A stretch of 64,000 bases of DNA. Source: Octopus sinensis (taxonomy: Eukaryota). A model generated the notes under the pieces. That model did not search any database, was not told the DNA's origin, and saw only the letters and a list, made by a program, of their open reading frames with translations. Location of the stretch: positions 7,564,001 through 7,628,000 of the forward strand of contig NC_043003.1 of the NCBI RefSeq assembly GCF_006345805.1, in the 5' to 3' direction. Every line of letters begins with the position of its first letter. Positions within the stretch are counted from its first letter, which is position 1. Made by a program: the position numbers and the translations under genes. Shown here piece by piece: positions 1 through 11,401 of the stretch.

Positions 1-360
1 AAAGATGTACAGAAAACAGCTTCCATCACATGCCAGGGGAAAAAACTAGAAGTAGTTGATAGCGTCCATTACCTAGGTGACCAAGTCAGTAACGTGGGGT
101 GAATGCTCTGAGAGCATAGCTGCTAGAATAAGAATAGCCTGGGTAAAGTTCAGAGAGCTCCTACCTCTGCTGGTAAGAAAAGGCCTCTCGTTCAGAGTGA
201 AAGGTAGACTATATGATGCATGTGTGCAAATAGCCATGCTACATGGCAGTAAAACATGGGTTGTGACTGCTGAGGACATGTGTAAGCTTGAGAGAAATGA
301 AGCTAGCATGCTCTGCTGTCAGTGTACATACATGACAGAGTGTAAGTGCCCTGAGAGAAA
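1..360 (+). mobile_element. RTE-clade LINE fragment, C-terminal part of reverse transcriptase ORF, degraded
   Basis: Translates to ...HYLGDQV / CSESIAARIRIAWVKFRELLPLL...KGRLYDACV...MLHGSKTW, matching the RTE post-RT consensus (F.YLG..I...RI..AW..F..L...K.RLY..CV...MLYG.ETW); frameshifted. Confidence 0.8.
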
Positions 361-639
361 AAGTTGGGGTTGATATAATCAACTGACCCCTTTTCCTATG
401 AAACTGCCAGCCAGCATTGTTAAAGTGGTGAATCGGCAGAATATGTTAACTTGTGGAAGAAGCTGCTTTGCAGCATTTCTTGTGGCTCTTGTTCTGAGAT
501 CAAATCCCGTTGACGTCAACTTTGCCTTTCATTGTCAGGGTCATTAAAATAAGTACGAGTCAAATACTGGAGTCGGTGCCCCCCTCTCCTCAAATTTTTA
601 TCATCTTGTTGGTATCATCATTTTAATGTTTGTATTGCT

Positions 640-1018
640 TTGATTGATCCACTTCGACTAGGACATTTGACTAGTGACTGATCCATTTTGACTAGGACAT
701 TTGACTAGTGACTGATCTGCTTTGACTAGTGACTGATCCACTTTGACTAGTGACTGATCCACTTTGACTAGTGACTGATCCATTTTGACTAGTATATTTA
801 ACTAGTGACTGATCCACTTTGACTAGGACATTTGACTAGTGACTGATCTGCTTTGACTAGTGACTGATCCACTTTGACTAGGACATTTGACTAGTGACTG
901 ATCTGCTTTGACTAGTGACTGATCCACTTTGACTAATACATTTGACTAGTGACTGATCCACTTTGACTAGGACATTTGACTAGTGACTGATCCATTTTGA
1001 CGAGTATATTTGACTAAG
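640..1018. repeat. Minisatellite of interleaved ~21-nt (CTTTGACTAGTGACTGATCCA) and ~13-nt (TTTGACTAGGACA) units
   Basis: Direct reading of the tandem units; lies in the intron upstream of the first visible FAM199X exon. Confidence 0.9.
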
Positions 1019-1132
1019 ACAGTGTAAGAAGTTGCAAAAAACATAAACTAGAATTATGTACAACCTTATTCTCACCAAAGGGGATTTCAACCAGATATTG
1101 AGACTTTTTTTTTCTTTTACTTCTTCTCTCAG

Positions 1133-1293
1133 CTCCGTGTCTTTTGTTGAGGAAAATAATGTACGAGAAATTGAAGAGCTGGACAGTCTATTTAGTCTGG
1201 GTGTCTCGGATACGGAGCGATTGTGTGATAATTTACTAGAAGATTCCGATTTACAGTATGTACTGACAAGCTATCAATATGAAATGAATACAG
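1133..1293 (+). CDS. FAM199X: FAM199X homolog, internal coding exon (first visible)
   Basis: Polypyrimidine tract + AG at 1131-1132, donor GTACGT at 1294; encodes SVSFVEENNVREIEELDSLFSLGVSDTERLCDNLLEDSDLQ...MNT; ends in phase 1, matching the next exon. Confidence 0.75.
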
Positions 1294-1510
1294 GTACGTG
1301 CTTTTATGTATTTTCTGTATTTTTATTGTGGATTTAGAAAATAACCAAATAATTCATTTCTGAACTCTGTTGGTGCCATGTTGGTTTTAGGAAGGACATC
1401 CAGCCTTAGAAACTGTGCCAAAATGGGCAATTAGACCCTGGTGCAGCTCTCCGGCTTGTCAGCTCCTGTCAAACTGTCTAACCCATTCCAGTGTGGAAAA
1501 TGGACATTAA

Positions 1511-1715
1511 CCCTTTCGTTACTAACCTGGCTCTGAGTACAAATGTCTTGTTTTCATGAGTTTTTAATTAAAATCTTCCACTAAACCTTAGTCACAGTTT
1601 ATGTTCCTAACACCAGCTTAATGATAACTAAGTTATTTTACTAAATTCTTTGGTACATTTAAAATAAATTGAATGAAACACGGAGCATCTCAAAATAAAT
1701 ACAGTAACGAAAGGG
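1511..1715. mobile_element. piggyBac-like MITE
   Basis: TTAA on both sides; perfect 12-bp TIR CCCTTTCGTTAC / GTAACGAAAGGG; splits the TTAA of an RTE-type 3' tail. Confidence 0.85.
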
Positions 1716-2319
1716 TTAAATGATGATGATGCTGTATGTTTGTGTTTCCTTGTCTTGACACTATGTGATTGCTGTCAATGATTGTCATTCATTTCCAATG
1801 TTCTGCGAGAACATGTCTCGTCATGGGAAAACTATTACCTTGCATTTAGTTCGTTCAATTTTCTACTAGAACATATAAAGTTTTATGTATGTATAGTAAT
1901 TACCTTATTTTTCATAAAAAAAAAAAATGTGTATGCCCTCTGTATGGCTTGTGTAAAAGGCTCCGTCTTTTTGGCACTGAAACTCCAAATAAGGCCCCAT
2001 CTCCAATGGGTTAACATCCACTTTTCCTTGCTCGTAAGGGTCAGATAGACTTTATCAAGACAAATTTTCTCTGGTTACATACCCTTCCTGTCACCAACCC
2101 TTACAATCTTCTCTGTCATTCGACTTTTTGGCTGATGGATTGGCCCTGTCATCTCCAAAGAGTTAAAAGAATGGTGATAATGTCAGGATTTTGGGGTCTT
2201 AAAAAACAAATGGAAAGAAAGTTGGGGTTTGAGAGCAGAGAAAGGATAGCATCACATTTCTTGTCACTACGTTGTTTGTAAGTAAATCATTGTTATTCGA
2301 CGATGAAAATCAATATCAA

Positions 2320-2690
2320 ATCAAATCAGATCACAATCAAATGGAAATCATAGCTGTGACCGATGCCAGTGCTGCCTGACTGGCTCCTGTGCTGCTGGCA
2401 CGCAATAAGTACCATTCATGTATGGGTCATTGCCAGTGCTGCCTGACTGGCTCCTCGTGCCAGTAGCATGTAAAAAGCACCATCTGAATGTGGTCAATGC
2501 CAACTCCACTGCTCCAGCTGGCTTCTGTGCACCCACTACACTCTCAAAGTGGTCGGCATTAGGAAGGGCATCCAGCTGTAGATGCCTTGCCAAATCAGAA
2601 TGGAGCCTGGTTCAGCCTCCTGGCTTGCCACTGTGCAACCCATGCCAGTTTGGAAAAATGGACGTTAAACGATGATGATGATGATGCTGA
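2320..2690 (+). mobile_element. RTE-type LINE 3' UTR fragment with (GAT)n tail
   Basis: Motif AGGAAGGGCATCCAGCTGTAGA...CATGCCAG...GGACGTTAAACGATGATG recurs at ~1370-1510, 3290-3630, 7540-7990, 10720-10955 and, reversed, at ~14780-14950 and 17140-17290. Confidence 0.6.
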
Positions 2691-2714
2691 TGTTTTATTT
2701 CTTTTTCCTTGCAG

Positions 2715-2895
2715 AGCCATTAGTAAGCGTCAGCTTTGATTGGGATGATGAATCCATATCTTCTTCACAGACGACCTCGTTAGCAGATTCTGCGGAGTTT
2801 GATATGGTAAATGTCTGTGATACTAACATGCGTACCACCTCTGAACAGCTGGAATTTATTCATAAAAAATGTTTACCGAATGGCAGATGTCGATG
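2715..2895 (+). CDS. FAM199X: FAM199X homolog, internal coding exon
   Basis: TTCCTTGCAG acceptor, GTGAGT donor at 2896; 181 nt, phase 1 to phase 2; encodes EPLVSVSFDWDDESISSSQ...KKCLPNGRCRW (FAM199X has a WDWSD motif at the equivalent place). Confidence 0.8.
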
Positions 2896-3230
2896 GTGAG
2901 TAGCAGAGCTTTTATCTTTGACTGGTTTGAGTCACTGAACTGCAGCCATTGTATTGAAGGGGGGTCAGTCAAACAAATAGACCACAGTATTTGTTTTTTT
3001 TCAAGTCTGGTTCTTATTCTGTTGGTCACTTTTGCTAAGAAACAAACCAACGCCAATTGTCAAGCAGTGACTGTACACATACAAATGTGTGTGTATAAAT
3101 ATATATGACTGTGTGTAAAAGATAATGGTTTTTCTGATTTTTTTCACTTTTAATAATTAGGTGTTTATGTATCTTATGTGTATATATATATGTATGTTTG
3201 TATACATACATGTGTGTGTGTGTATATATA

Positions 3231-3275
<45 letters not shown>

Positions 3276-3289
3276 ATATCTTTGTGGTA

Positions 3290-3632
3290 CCAGTGCCGGT
3301 GGCACACAAGAAAACCATCCGAACGTGGCCGTAGCCAGTACCGCATCGACTGGCCTCCGTGCTGTGGGCACGTAACAAACACCATCCGATCGTGGCCGTT
3401 CGCCAGCCTCATCTGGCACCTGTGTCGGTAGCACATAAAAACACCATCCGAGCGTGGCCGTCTACCAGCCTCGTCTGGCACCTGTGTCGGAGTGGTTGGC
3501 GTTAGGAAGGGCATCCAGCTGTAGAAACACTGCCAGATCTGACTGGCCTGGTGCAGCCTTCGGGCTCCCCAGACCCCAGTTGAACCGTCCAACCCATGCT
3601 AGCATGGAAAACGGACGCTAAATAAATGATGA
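3290..3632 (+). mobile_element. RTE-type LINE 3' UTR fragment with three tandem ~60-bp subrepeats
   Basis: AAAACACCATCCGAxCGTGGCCGT... repeated 3 times, then the family 3' tail. Confidence 0.6.
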
Positions 3633-4031
3633 TATATATATATAATAGAAGGAGCACTCCGTTGGTTGTGACGACGAGGGTCCCAGCTGATCCGATCAAC
3701 AGAACAGCTTGCATGTGAAATTAACGTGCAAGTGGCTGAGCACTCCACAGACACGTGTACTCTTAATGTAGTTCTCAGGGAGATTCAGAGTAATACAGAG
3801 TCTGACAAGGTATGTGAAATAAAGTGTCTTGCTCAAGGACACACAACGCATCACTGGGAACTGAACTCACGACCATAATATCATGAGCCAAATGCCCTAA
3901 CCACTAAGCCACATGCCTTTTTACACACACATTTAGTTGTAATTAAGATATTACATTAAACTGAAGGATTTTTTGGAGTATACATTCTCTAACAAGAATT
4001 GTGTGTGTGTATATATATTTATATATATATA

Positions 4032-4329
4032 TTAAGGGCATTACTATACATAAATGCCTCACACTAGGGGGAGGGCTCTTAAAGTCAAAACTACCATAAT
4101 GAATAAACACATTGTACTGAACGCGAGGGAATGCAACTCTCGAAGCGAGCATTTTAAAACCAGAATTCAGCTGCATATCATGATTTCATAATTAGTGCAC
4201 ATAATGCACTTTTTAATCATCAGTGCAAGCATAATTCAAGACACATCAAAGTGAACAAAAAATCAACATACCAGACGAATGCAAAAAAAATTCCTAGCAT
4301 GAGGCATTTATGTATAGTAATGCCCTTAA
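4032..4329. mobile_element. MITE with ~37-bp TIRs (TTAAGGGCATTACTATACATAAATGCCTCA)
   Basis: Inverted repeats at 4032-4068 and 4293-4329 with 2 mismatches; TA/TTAA termini. Confidence 0.8.
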
Positions 4330-4438
4330 TATAAATAAATATATTTAAGAGGAATAACTGATGGATTTTTCCCTTATGAGGATTTTCATGCTAACTACTT
4401 GATAAATTCTTATAAAGATTTTATCCTATTATTCAGTT

Positions 4439-4475
<37 letters not shown>

Positions 4476-4746
4476 AAGCATTTATCCCAGCCGTATCTGG
4501 CCCAAATATTCTGTGTTTTATGTTCAAACTGTCCAGATTCTCTCTCTCCCACCCACTGTACCATGTCATCATGAAAATAGTCATATCATTGAAAACTGAA
4601 AGCTATGAGATGATGTCTGACAACTTCACTACTATGTAAATAGACGTTACATTTGAACACAGCAATCTGTGAATGGTAAAGAATTTATCTGAAGCTTTTT
4701 TTTTAATTGGGCCAATTTATTTCAATCCTCCGTTTCTACTTTCCAG

Positions 4747-4895
4747 GCACCAACTGACACCCAGTGAACAAACATCTGTGATAATGGTTTTGAGTAACTT
4801 GATTCTTGAGCTTGGACCAAGGGAACGAGTTGAAGTGTTAAAATTGCTAAACCCCAATAGAAAACTTTCTCATTTCAACATGGATTCTCTAGTAG
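4747..4895 (+). CDS. FAM199X: FAM199X homolog, internal coding exon (conserved helical core)
   Basis: TTTCCAG acceptor, GTAAGG donor; 149 nt in frame; WHQLTPSEQ...LELGPRERVEVLKLLNP aligns with recalled human WSAMTNDEQ...EMGLREQLDIIKIIDP. Confidence 0.85.
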
Positions 4896-5603
4896 GTAAG
4901 GGAACACAGAAGAGGACCTATTTATCTGTTCTTTCTCATTCCTGAAACACAGCGTATTAGCATTTTAAAGCAGCGAGCTGGCAGAATCGTTACCAAATTG
5001 GGCAAAATGCTTAGCAACACTTTGTCGTTATGTTCCGCCAAGGATGACTTTGCTCTTCATCCTCAAAGGGGTCTAAAAAAATAAGTACCAGTTAGACCAC
5101 TTGGGACGATGTAATTGCCTTTATCGCTTCCCCAAAATTTGAAATCAATATATTAGACAAGGCTTTGAACTGGTAAAATGGTTAGCATGCCAGACAAAAT
5201 GCTTAGCAGCATTTCTTCTAACTCTTTATGTTCTGAGGAGTTCAAATCCTGCAGAAGTCTATTTCGGCTTTCGTCTTTTCAGGGTTGTATTATTGCCCTG
5301 CCTTCTGTCGAAATTGTTGTCCTTGACCCCTGCAATGGCTGGTATCCAGTTCAAGGTGAATATGGTGAACTCGGTCATTTACATGCCATGGAAATTGGAT
5401 AAATGGCCCTTATGAGCCATAGGGCTTGAGAAAATTATATATATTAGGCTTGCCAGAGTGGTCATGTTATGCGCTTGGCTCTCCAGTACAATTTACAAAT
5501 ATCTGTAAGATATTTTTGTATCATCATCATCATCATCATCGTCATTTGATCATCTGTTATATATTTTTTTTATCCATTTTGTTGATCTTTCTTTTCTATC
5601 CAG

Positions 5604-5740
5604 ACCCAAGCTGGGTAACCGAGAAAAACATCAAGTTAGTTCTGGATTACCTGAAAAGTTCAAAAGCAAACCTGAGCTCGTTTAGTGAATACAAAGAGTC
5701 ACAGAAACCTGTTCAACGGAGAAACAGGAAGAAACCTCAG
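5604..5740 (+). CDS. FAM199X: FAM199X homolog, internal coding exon
   Basis: TATCCAG acceptor, GTAAGG donor at 5741; 137 nt, phase 1 to phase 0; VTEKNIKLVLDYLKS aligns with LTDEKLKQVRNYIKE. Confidence 0.85.
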
Positions 5741-5794
5741 GTAAGGCAACGACACATTGTTTTATTGGTTTCTCTCATTGGTGGGTGATATATT

Positions 5795-6176
5795 CTTTTA
5801 TTCTTTCATAACTTGTTTCAGTCATCTGACTGTGGCCATTCTGGAGCACCGCCTTTAGTCGAGCAAATCAACCCCAGCACTTTGTAAGCTTAGTACTTAT
5901 TCTATTGGTCCCTTTTGCCAAACCACTAAGTTACGGGGGACGTAAACACCAGCATCGGTTGTCAAACAATGATGAGGGGACAAACAACACACACATATAT
6001 ATACATATATACGACGAGCTTCTTTCAGTTTCCGCCAACCAAATCCACTCACATGGCTTTGGTCGGCCTGAGGCTATAGCAGAAGACACTTGCTAAAGGT
6101 GCCACGCAGTGAGACTAAACCTTGAACCATATGGTTGGTAAGCAAGCTACTTACCACACAGCCACTCCTACGCCTA
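5795..6176 (-). mobile_element. tRNA-derived octopus-type SINE, family A (GGCGCAGGAGTGGCTGTGTGGTAAG... internal TA/TG run ...GACTGAAACAAGTAAAAGAG)
   Basis: A/B-box-like head and identical body. Other copies at ~8055-8410(-), 15130-15515(+), 18195-18590(-), 22450-23470(+), 25810-26227(-), 34745-35150(-), 37328-37715(+), 54480-55040(+), 56335-56495(-), 57328-57490(+), 62783-62945(+). Confidence 0.85.
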
Positions 6177-6632
6177 TATATACAGTAACAAAAGATACCT
6201 CACAGGTCTTAAAGTTCTATCACATTTGTTTATATTTTAATTCTCAAGTCGCGTCAAGTTTCTCCTCGACTTCCGCTATCAATGCCAGGTCCTGGCCTTT
6301 TCTTCTCAATTCATACTGTAGCAACAATGGTTGTCTCCCTTTAAATAACCTTTGATGCAAACGATATTTTGCAACTTAAAAGAATGCTTCATAGAAACAA
6401 ATTATGTCGGTAAGAGGACCGCTCAGGTACACGTGCACTGGTTCAGAATGCTGACATCTTCCACATTTTAAATTTTCGGCAAAACTGGAACAGGTATAGA
6501 TGAAGCTGTGTGGTAATAAGTTTGCTTTCCAACCACATGGTTTAGGGTTCAAGACCCCTGTGTGACACCTTGGGCAAGTGTTTTTTTTTACTCTAACCTC
6601 AGTCTAACCAAAGTCTAAAAAGTGCATTTGAT

Positions 6633-7022
6633 GTTAGTTAGTTAGTTAGTTAGTTAATTTGGCTCAAAAGCAAATAGCAAGGCCATGTAAGGGGACATGG
6701 AGTTAAGTACAGGGTGGTGTTCATGTAAAGAGTTCAGGCCACTTGAGGTCCAGGGAGGCTTTGAACAAAGCGGTCGTCGGCATCTTCACCATCTCGTCTG
6801 GCAGCTTGTTCCACGGATCCGCAACCTGGACGGAGAAAGCTCCTCTCCTTCGATTGAGATGAAATCGTCATAGGTAGAGCTTTTCGGAATGACCCCGCAG
6901 CCGACGCTCTGGAGCAGGAGTGAAGAACAGCTCTTTCGAGAGGTTACACTTTCCGCTTATGATGTTGTGGGCGAGAATGAGATCACTACGGCAGCGGCGT
7001 TTTTCAAGAGAATAAAGGTCGA
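6633..7022 (-). mobile_element. CR1/L2-type LINE 3' fragment with (TAAC)n tail
   Basis: Reverse strand encodes GDLIL.HNII...RLRGHSEKL...RRRGAFSVQVADPWNKLPDEMVKMPTTALFKASLDLKWPELFT*; near-identical to 57950-58328. Confidence 0.85.
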
Positions 7023-8489
7023 TGTAAACTGGAAGAAGCTGGTCAGGTGTGTGCTTGCGCTTAACTATCTCTTTGTCTTAACATCACGCAGTAATTGTAA
7101 ATGCAGGTCACCATCATGGAAGCCGTTTCTTTGTATCTAGTTTTTCTCTTAAAAACATATCTGTCCACAGAGAAATATTACCTTACTTGGTAACTAGTAC
7201 TAGGGCACAGCTGGCCATAAAAATTCACTTCAACAAACTATCTGACCTATGGAAAAAATAGACAGTAAAATGATGTTGACTTCAACACTTTGATACCAGT
7301 CTATCTGCTTCTGCACCCATACAACACCATTTTAAAATATTCACATCTAAATTATATCCTTCCAACATAATTGTAGCTGAAAACATTTTATGTTCTAAAC
7401 ATCAATTTTAATGAGTTATTTCACTAAATCTCTTCAAATTCTATATTTAAAAATAAAAAACGAATTGAAACACAGGCAATGTATTTAAATACGAATATGG
7501 TTATGTAAAGGTGAAATGCAAACTAGTAACCCCAGATTTTTGTAGTTATTGGAATGATTGAGTGTGGTGGCCTCACAGACCATGACTAGTGACCAAGATC
7601 TTTGGTGATATGCTGTGCTTGAGAAGACCTGTCAAGCCAAATGAAATTGTTGCCATGGCTGATGCTAGTGTCATGTAATTGGCATGTAAAAGGCACCTTT
7701 TGAGTGTTGGGCCTCACAGAGGCAATGACCAAGACCTTTAGCAATATGTCATGCTTGAAAAGAAGACCCATCAAGCCAAGGGAAAGCATAGTTGTGGCAG
7801 ATACTGGTGTCATGCATCTGTGCCAGTGGCATGTAAAAGCATGCATCACACTGAGTGGTTGATGTTATGAAGGGTATTCAGCCGTAGAAATCATACCAAA
7901 TCAGACTGGGGTCTGGTGCAGCCCCTCAGCTTACCAGCCTTGGTCAAAGTGTCCGACCCATGCCAGCATGGACAACAGACGTTAAAAGATGATAAACAGA
8001 CTGGCCACTTGTTTCTCTGGGGCTGGTCAAATTGATGTGTGCGTGTATGTGTATATATATATATACACTCGTTTCAGTCATTTGACTGCAGCCATGCTGG
8101 AGCACTGCCTTTAGTCAAGCAAATCGATCCCAGGACTTATTCTTTGTAAGCCTAGTACTTATTCTATTGGTCTCTTTTGCCGAACCACTATGTCAAGCGA
8201 TGTTGGGGAGACAAACACAGGCACATTAACATATACATATATATATATATATATATGATGGGCTTCTTTCAGTTTCCGTCTACCAAATCCACTCACAAGA
8301 CTTTGGTTGGCCTGAGGCTATAGTAGAAGACACTTGCCCAAGGTGCCATGCAGTGGGACTGAACCCAGAACCATGTGGTTAGTAAGCAAGCTACTTACCA
8401 CACAGCCACATATATATATATATATGAATGCATGCTCAGACATCTATATTATTATGCATTGTTTTATCTTTTTTTTTTTTTGTTTACAG

Positions 8490-8645
8490 AAGAGAAAAGC
8501 CAGCAAACCTGAAGATCAAACAGAGAAGAGGGTTGTACAGGCAGTGAAAGAGAAAAAAAGTGGATTTTTCCAGAAAGAAATTGTTGTGTCATTGTCTCTG
8601 CATGAAGCGTCTGATGAAGAGGTGGACATTGATATAATTGGATGA
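8490..8645 (+). CDS. FAM199X: FAM199X homolog, last coding exon
   Basis: Poly-T + TACAG acceptor, stop TGA at 8643-8645; KEKKSGFFQKEIVVSLSLHEASDEEVDIDIIG* aligns with recalled human [31 protein letters not shown]. Confidence 0.88.
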   Translation, partial: KRKASKPEDQTEKRVVQAVKEKKSGFFQKEIVVSLSLHEASDEEVDIDIIG

Positions 8646-8719
8646 CAACGGGGCAGATAGTGACTAATTTATAACTACTGTCACTAAGACTTCTAGAAAG
8701 ACATAGCCCCCACTCCCAA

Positions 8720-8725
8720 AATAAA
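8720..8725 (+). terminator. Candidate polyadenylation signal AATAAA for FAM199X
   Basis: First AATAAA, about 75 nt after the stop, followed by T/GT-rich sequence; usage not verifiable from sequence. Confidence 0.4.
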
Positions 8726-8889
8726 GCTCTGTAAATATGTTGGCTTGTGATTTTCTTTTATTTTAAACTTTTTTTTTGTGACAAATTTTTGACCGTTAAC
8801 ATTTTCAGCTGGAAACACACCTCATCCTGGTAAAGCCCTGTGGGTTGGTGACCTTAATTGCGTAAGTGACACGGAAGACAACCAGGACA

Positions 8890-9109
8890 CCCTATCGTTA
8901 CCAACCCAGTTGAAACCACCTCTGGCCCTGTAGTACAAATGCTTTGTTTTCATAAGTTTTGAATTAAAATCTTCCACCAAACCTTAGTCACAATTTATGT
9001 TCCTAACACTAGATTAATGACAACTAAGTTATTTTACTAGATTCTTTGTTATATTTAAAATAATTGAAAAAACACAGAGCATCTCAACAGAAATATGGTA
9101 ACAAAAGGG
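8890..9109. mobile_element. piggyBac-like MITE, same family as 1511-1715
   Basis: Same internal sequence (TTAAAATCTTCCACCAAACCTTAGTCACA...), right end ...AAAGGG|TTAA. Confidence 0.8.
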
Positions 9110-9279
9110 TTAAAATATATAATAGAGACACAATTCTTAACTATTTTGATACCAACCCTGATGAAACTGCCTCTGGCTCTGTAGAGATTTAAACAATATT
9201 TTAATCTCAATCTTGGAAAGGAAGGATTATATATCCAATGAGTTTATTTCCTTTTAAAATGTATATCAAGTTACTTTAA

Positions 9280-9491
9280 CTCTTTCGTAACCAAACCGGC
9301 TGAAACCACCTCTGGCTCTGAGTACAAATGTCATGTTTTCATAAGTTTTGAATTAAAATCTTCCACCAAACCTTAGTCACAATTAATGTTCCTAACACTA
9401 GCTTAATGAAAACTAAGTTATTTACTAAATTCTTTGTTATTTAAAATAATTGAGAGAAAAACAAAGCATCTGAAATACAACAACAAAAGCG
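9280..9491. mobile_element. piggyBac-like MITE, same family as 1511-1715
   Basis: TTAA flanks, slightly decayed TIRs, same body. Confidence 0.8.
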
Positions 9492-10477
9492 TTAAGTGGT
9501 TTGATGTTCTACAGTGTAGAGGTTGGATCTAGCGTGATGCTATTTATTCTAATTAATTTTCTTTACTAGAGGGGATTTATAAAATATATAAATTTTTGAG
9601 CTGACAACAATGTGGCTCATGTTATAGAAATTTTTCAAATAATGCTTTCATCTTTGTCAATATATTTTATAGCAGATGGAAAAAAAAAAAAAATCTGGCT
9701 TTGTAGTTTCATTAAGGCTGTTACTTGAAAGTGTTTTTTGAGTCTTGGATGCAAGCAGAAGGTACCTGTGTAGTAAGCGACCTGGAAGGAATAGTTGTCA
9801 GGTTCAAGAAAACTGGGTCTTAGATGAGAGAAAGACAGGATGAAAATAAAGATCTGTCTGAATGGTGACAAAAGATGTAATGATAATGAGGAGTAATGTT
9901 ATGGAGGGAAGACGTGCAGTTTCTTAAATCAAAGGAAAGAAAAAGGGTTTGAAATAAGGATTAGTTTCAAATATAAATAATGTAGATTAAATCTGTTTGT
10001 GGGAGATCATGTTATTGTGAAATCTCATTATTGGGAAGAGTTAGAGACAAGAATTTTTTTGTACTTTTATTTTCTGAGTAGAGTGAGCTCACGGAGCTAT
10101 AACAGGTTTCGTATATTGATCAGGTGGAAGATATACCTGCCCCTCATTAAGGTGTTATCAGAAGAGAATAACCGTAAAGGTAAAAATCAGAGTTTGATAT
10201 GCTTTTCTTTGATTAATTAACATTTCTTTTTAATAATTCAGATGAAATAGGTGTTAATTGTAATGCCTTTTTCAGTTTCATAGTTTGGGGTTGAATTTTG
10301 ATTAAAAAGAAACAAATTCTGATAAAATACCAAAGGATTCATTAAGAAACACTTAGTCAGGAATATGAAGTTATGGAAGCGTCTGGCAATTGTCATTGTA
10401 ATCCAGTTGTTATCGTCAACATAAGTGAAACTGGTAAAAAGATTTTGGTAATCACTCTGCTAATTACTGCATCCAGT

Positions 10478-10526
10478 TCACATCATGGTTATTCGTCGGT
10501 GATCAATTTTCTCTAATTGGACTAAT
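10478..10526 (-). CDS. MED18: MED18 exon 6 (last coding): LVQLEKIDHRRITMM*
   Basis: TTTTTGCAG acceptor, phase 2, stop TGA at 10480-10478; matches the MED18 C-terminus LVHLEKIDPKRLM. Confidence 0.9.
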
Positions 10527-11401
10527 CTGCAAAAAGTTAAGGACAGTTATAACTTTCAACATTTCGTTTCAAAACAAGCATTTTTTTCCCCTTTCTTTCC
10601 AAGTGTATACATTTTGTAGTTAGTCATTGTGAGGATAAAATTACTGTGAGACCTTGACCTTCAGATAAATTATGTAGTTGATATTTTTCACAGAACTTGA
10701 AATAGTTTTAAATGATTTTTAAAAAGCACCATCCGTTCGTGGCCGTTTGCCAGACTCGTCTGGCACCTGTGCCGGTGGCACGTAAAAAGCACCCACTACA
10801 CCCATGTAGTGGTTGGCGTTAGGTAGGGCATCCAGCCGTAGAAACATTACCAGATCGAACTGGGCCTGGTGCAGCCTTCTGGCTTCCCAGACCCCAGTTG
10901 AACCGTCCAACCCATGCTAGCATGGAAAGCGGACGCTAAACGATGATGACGATTCTAATGAAGGAGCAAAATGAAGAAATTAATAACAATGTGTATGTAT
11001 ATATGTGTGTGTGTGTGGTTAAAAAACTTGCTTATCAACTGGAGTACCTTGGACAAATGCCTTGTGAGTGGATCTGATATACGGAAACTGAAAGAAGCCC
11101 ATATATGTATGTGTACCATTTTCTTGACATCATGTGGTTGTAAATTAGTATAATTCTAATGCAGACAATGTTTGTTTGCGATCATTGAAATGTTTGTCTT
11201 GGAAATAAGCGAAAGCTAGTGACAGGAAACGCATCCGTCATCGGAAAATCTACCTCAACAAATTCCATCTGATCTAATGCAAGCATGGAAAAGTGAATGA
11301 TAGATGAAGCATATTCACTGCTTGATTTCCATAACAATGACTTGAAGCATATATACAGACCAATATTAAGAAAATTACTATTTTTAAATCTCATAACGAG
11401 A

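Noticed and set aside
640-1018. Regularly spaced short repeats resembling a CRISPR array
   Set aside because: No unique spacers, no cas genes and a eukaryotic intronic context; it is a minisatellite.
3035-3592. 185-aa minus-strand ORF
   Set aside because: Antisense reading of an RTE-type 3' UTR plus a (TA)n run.
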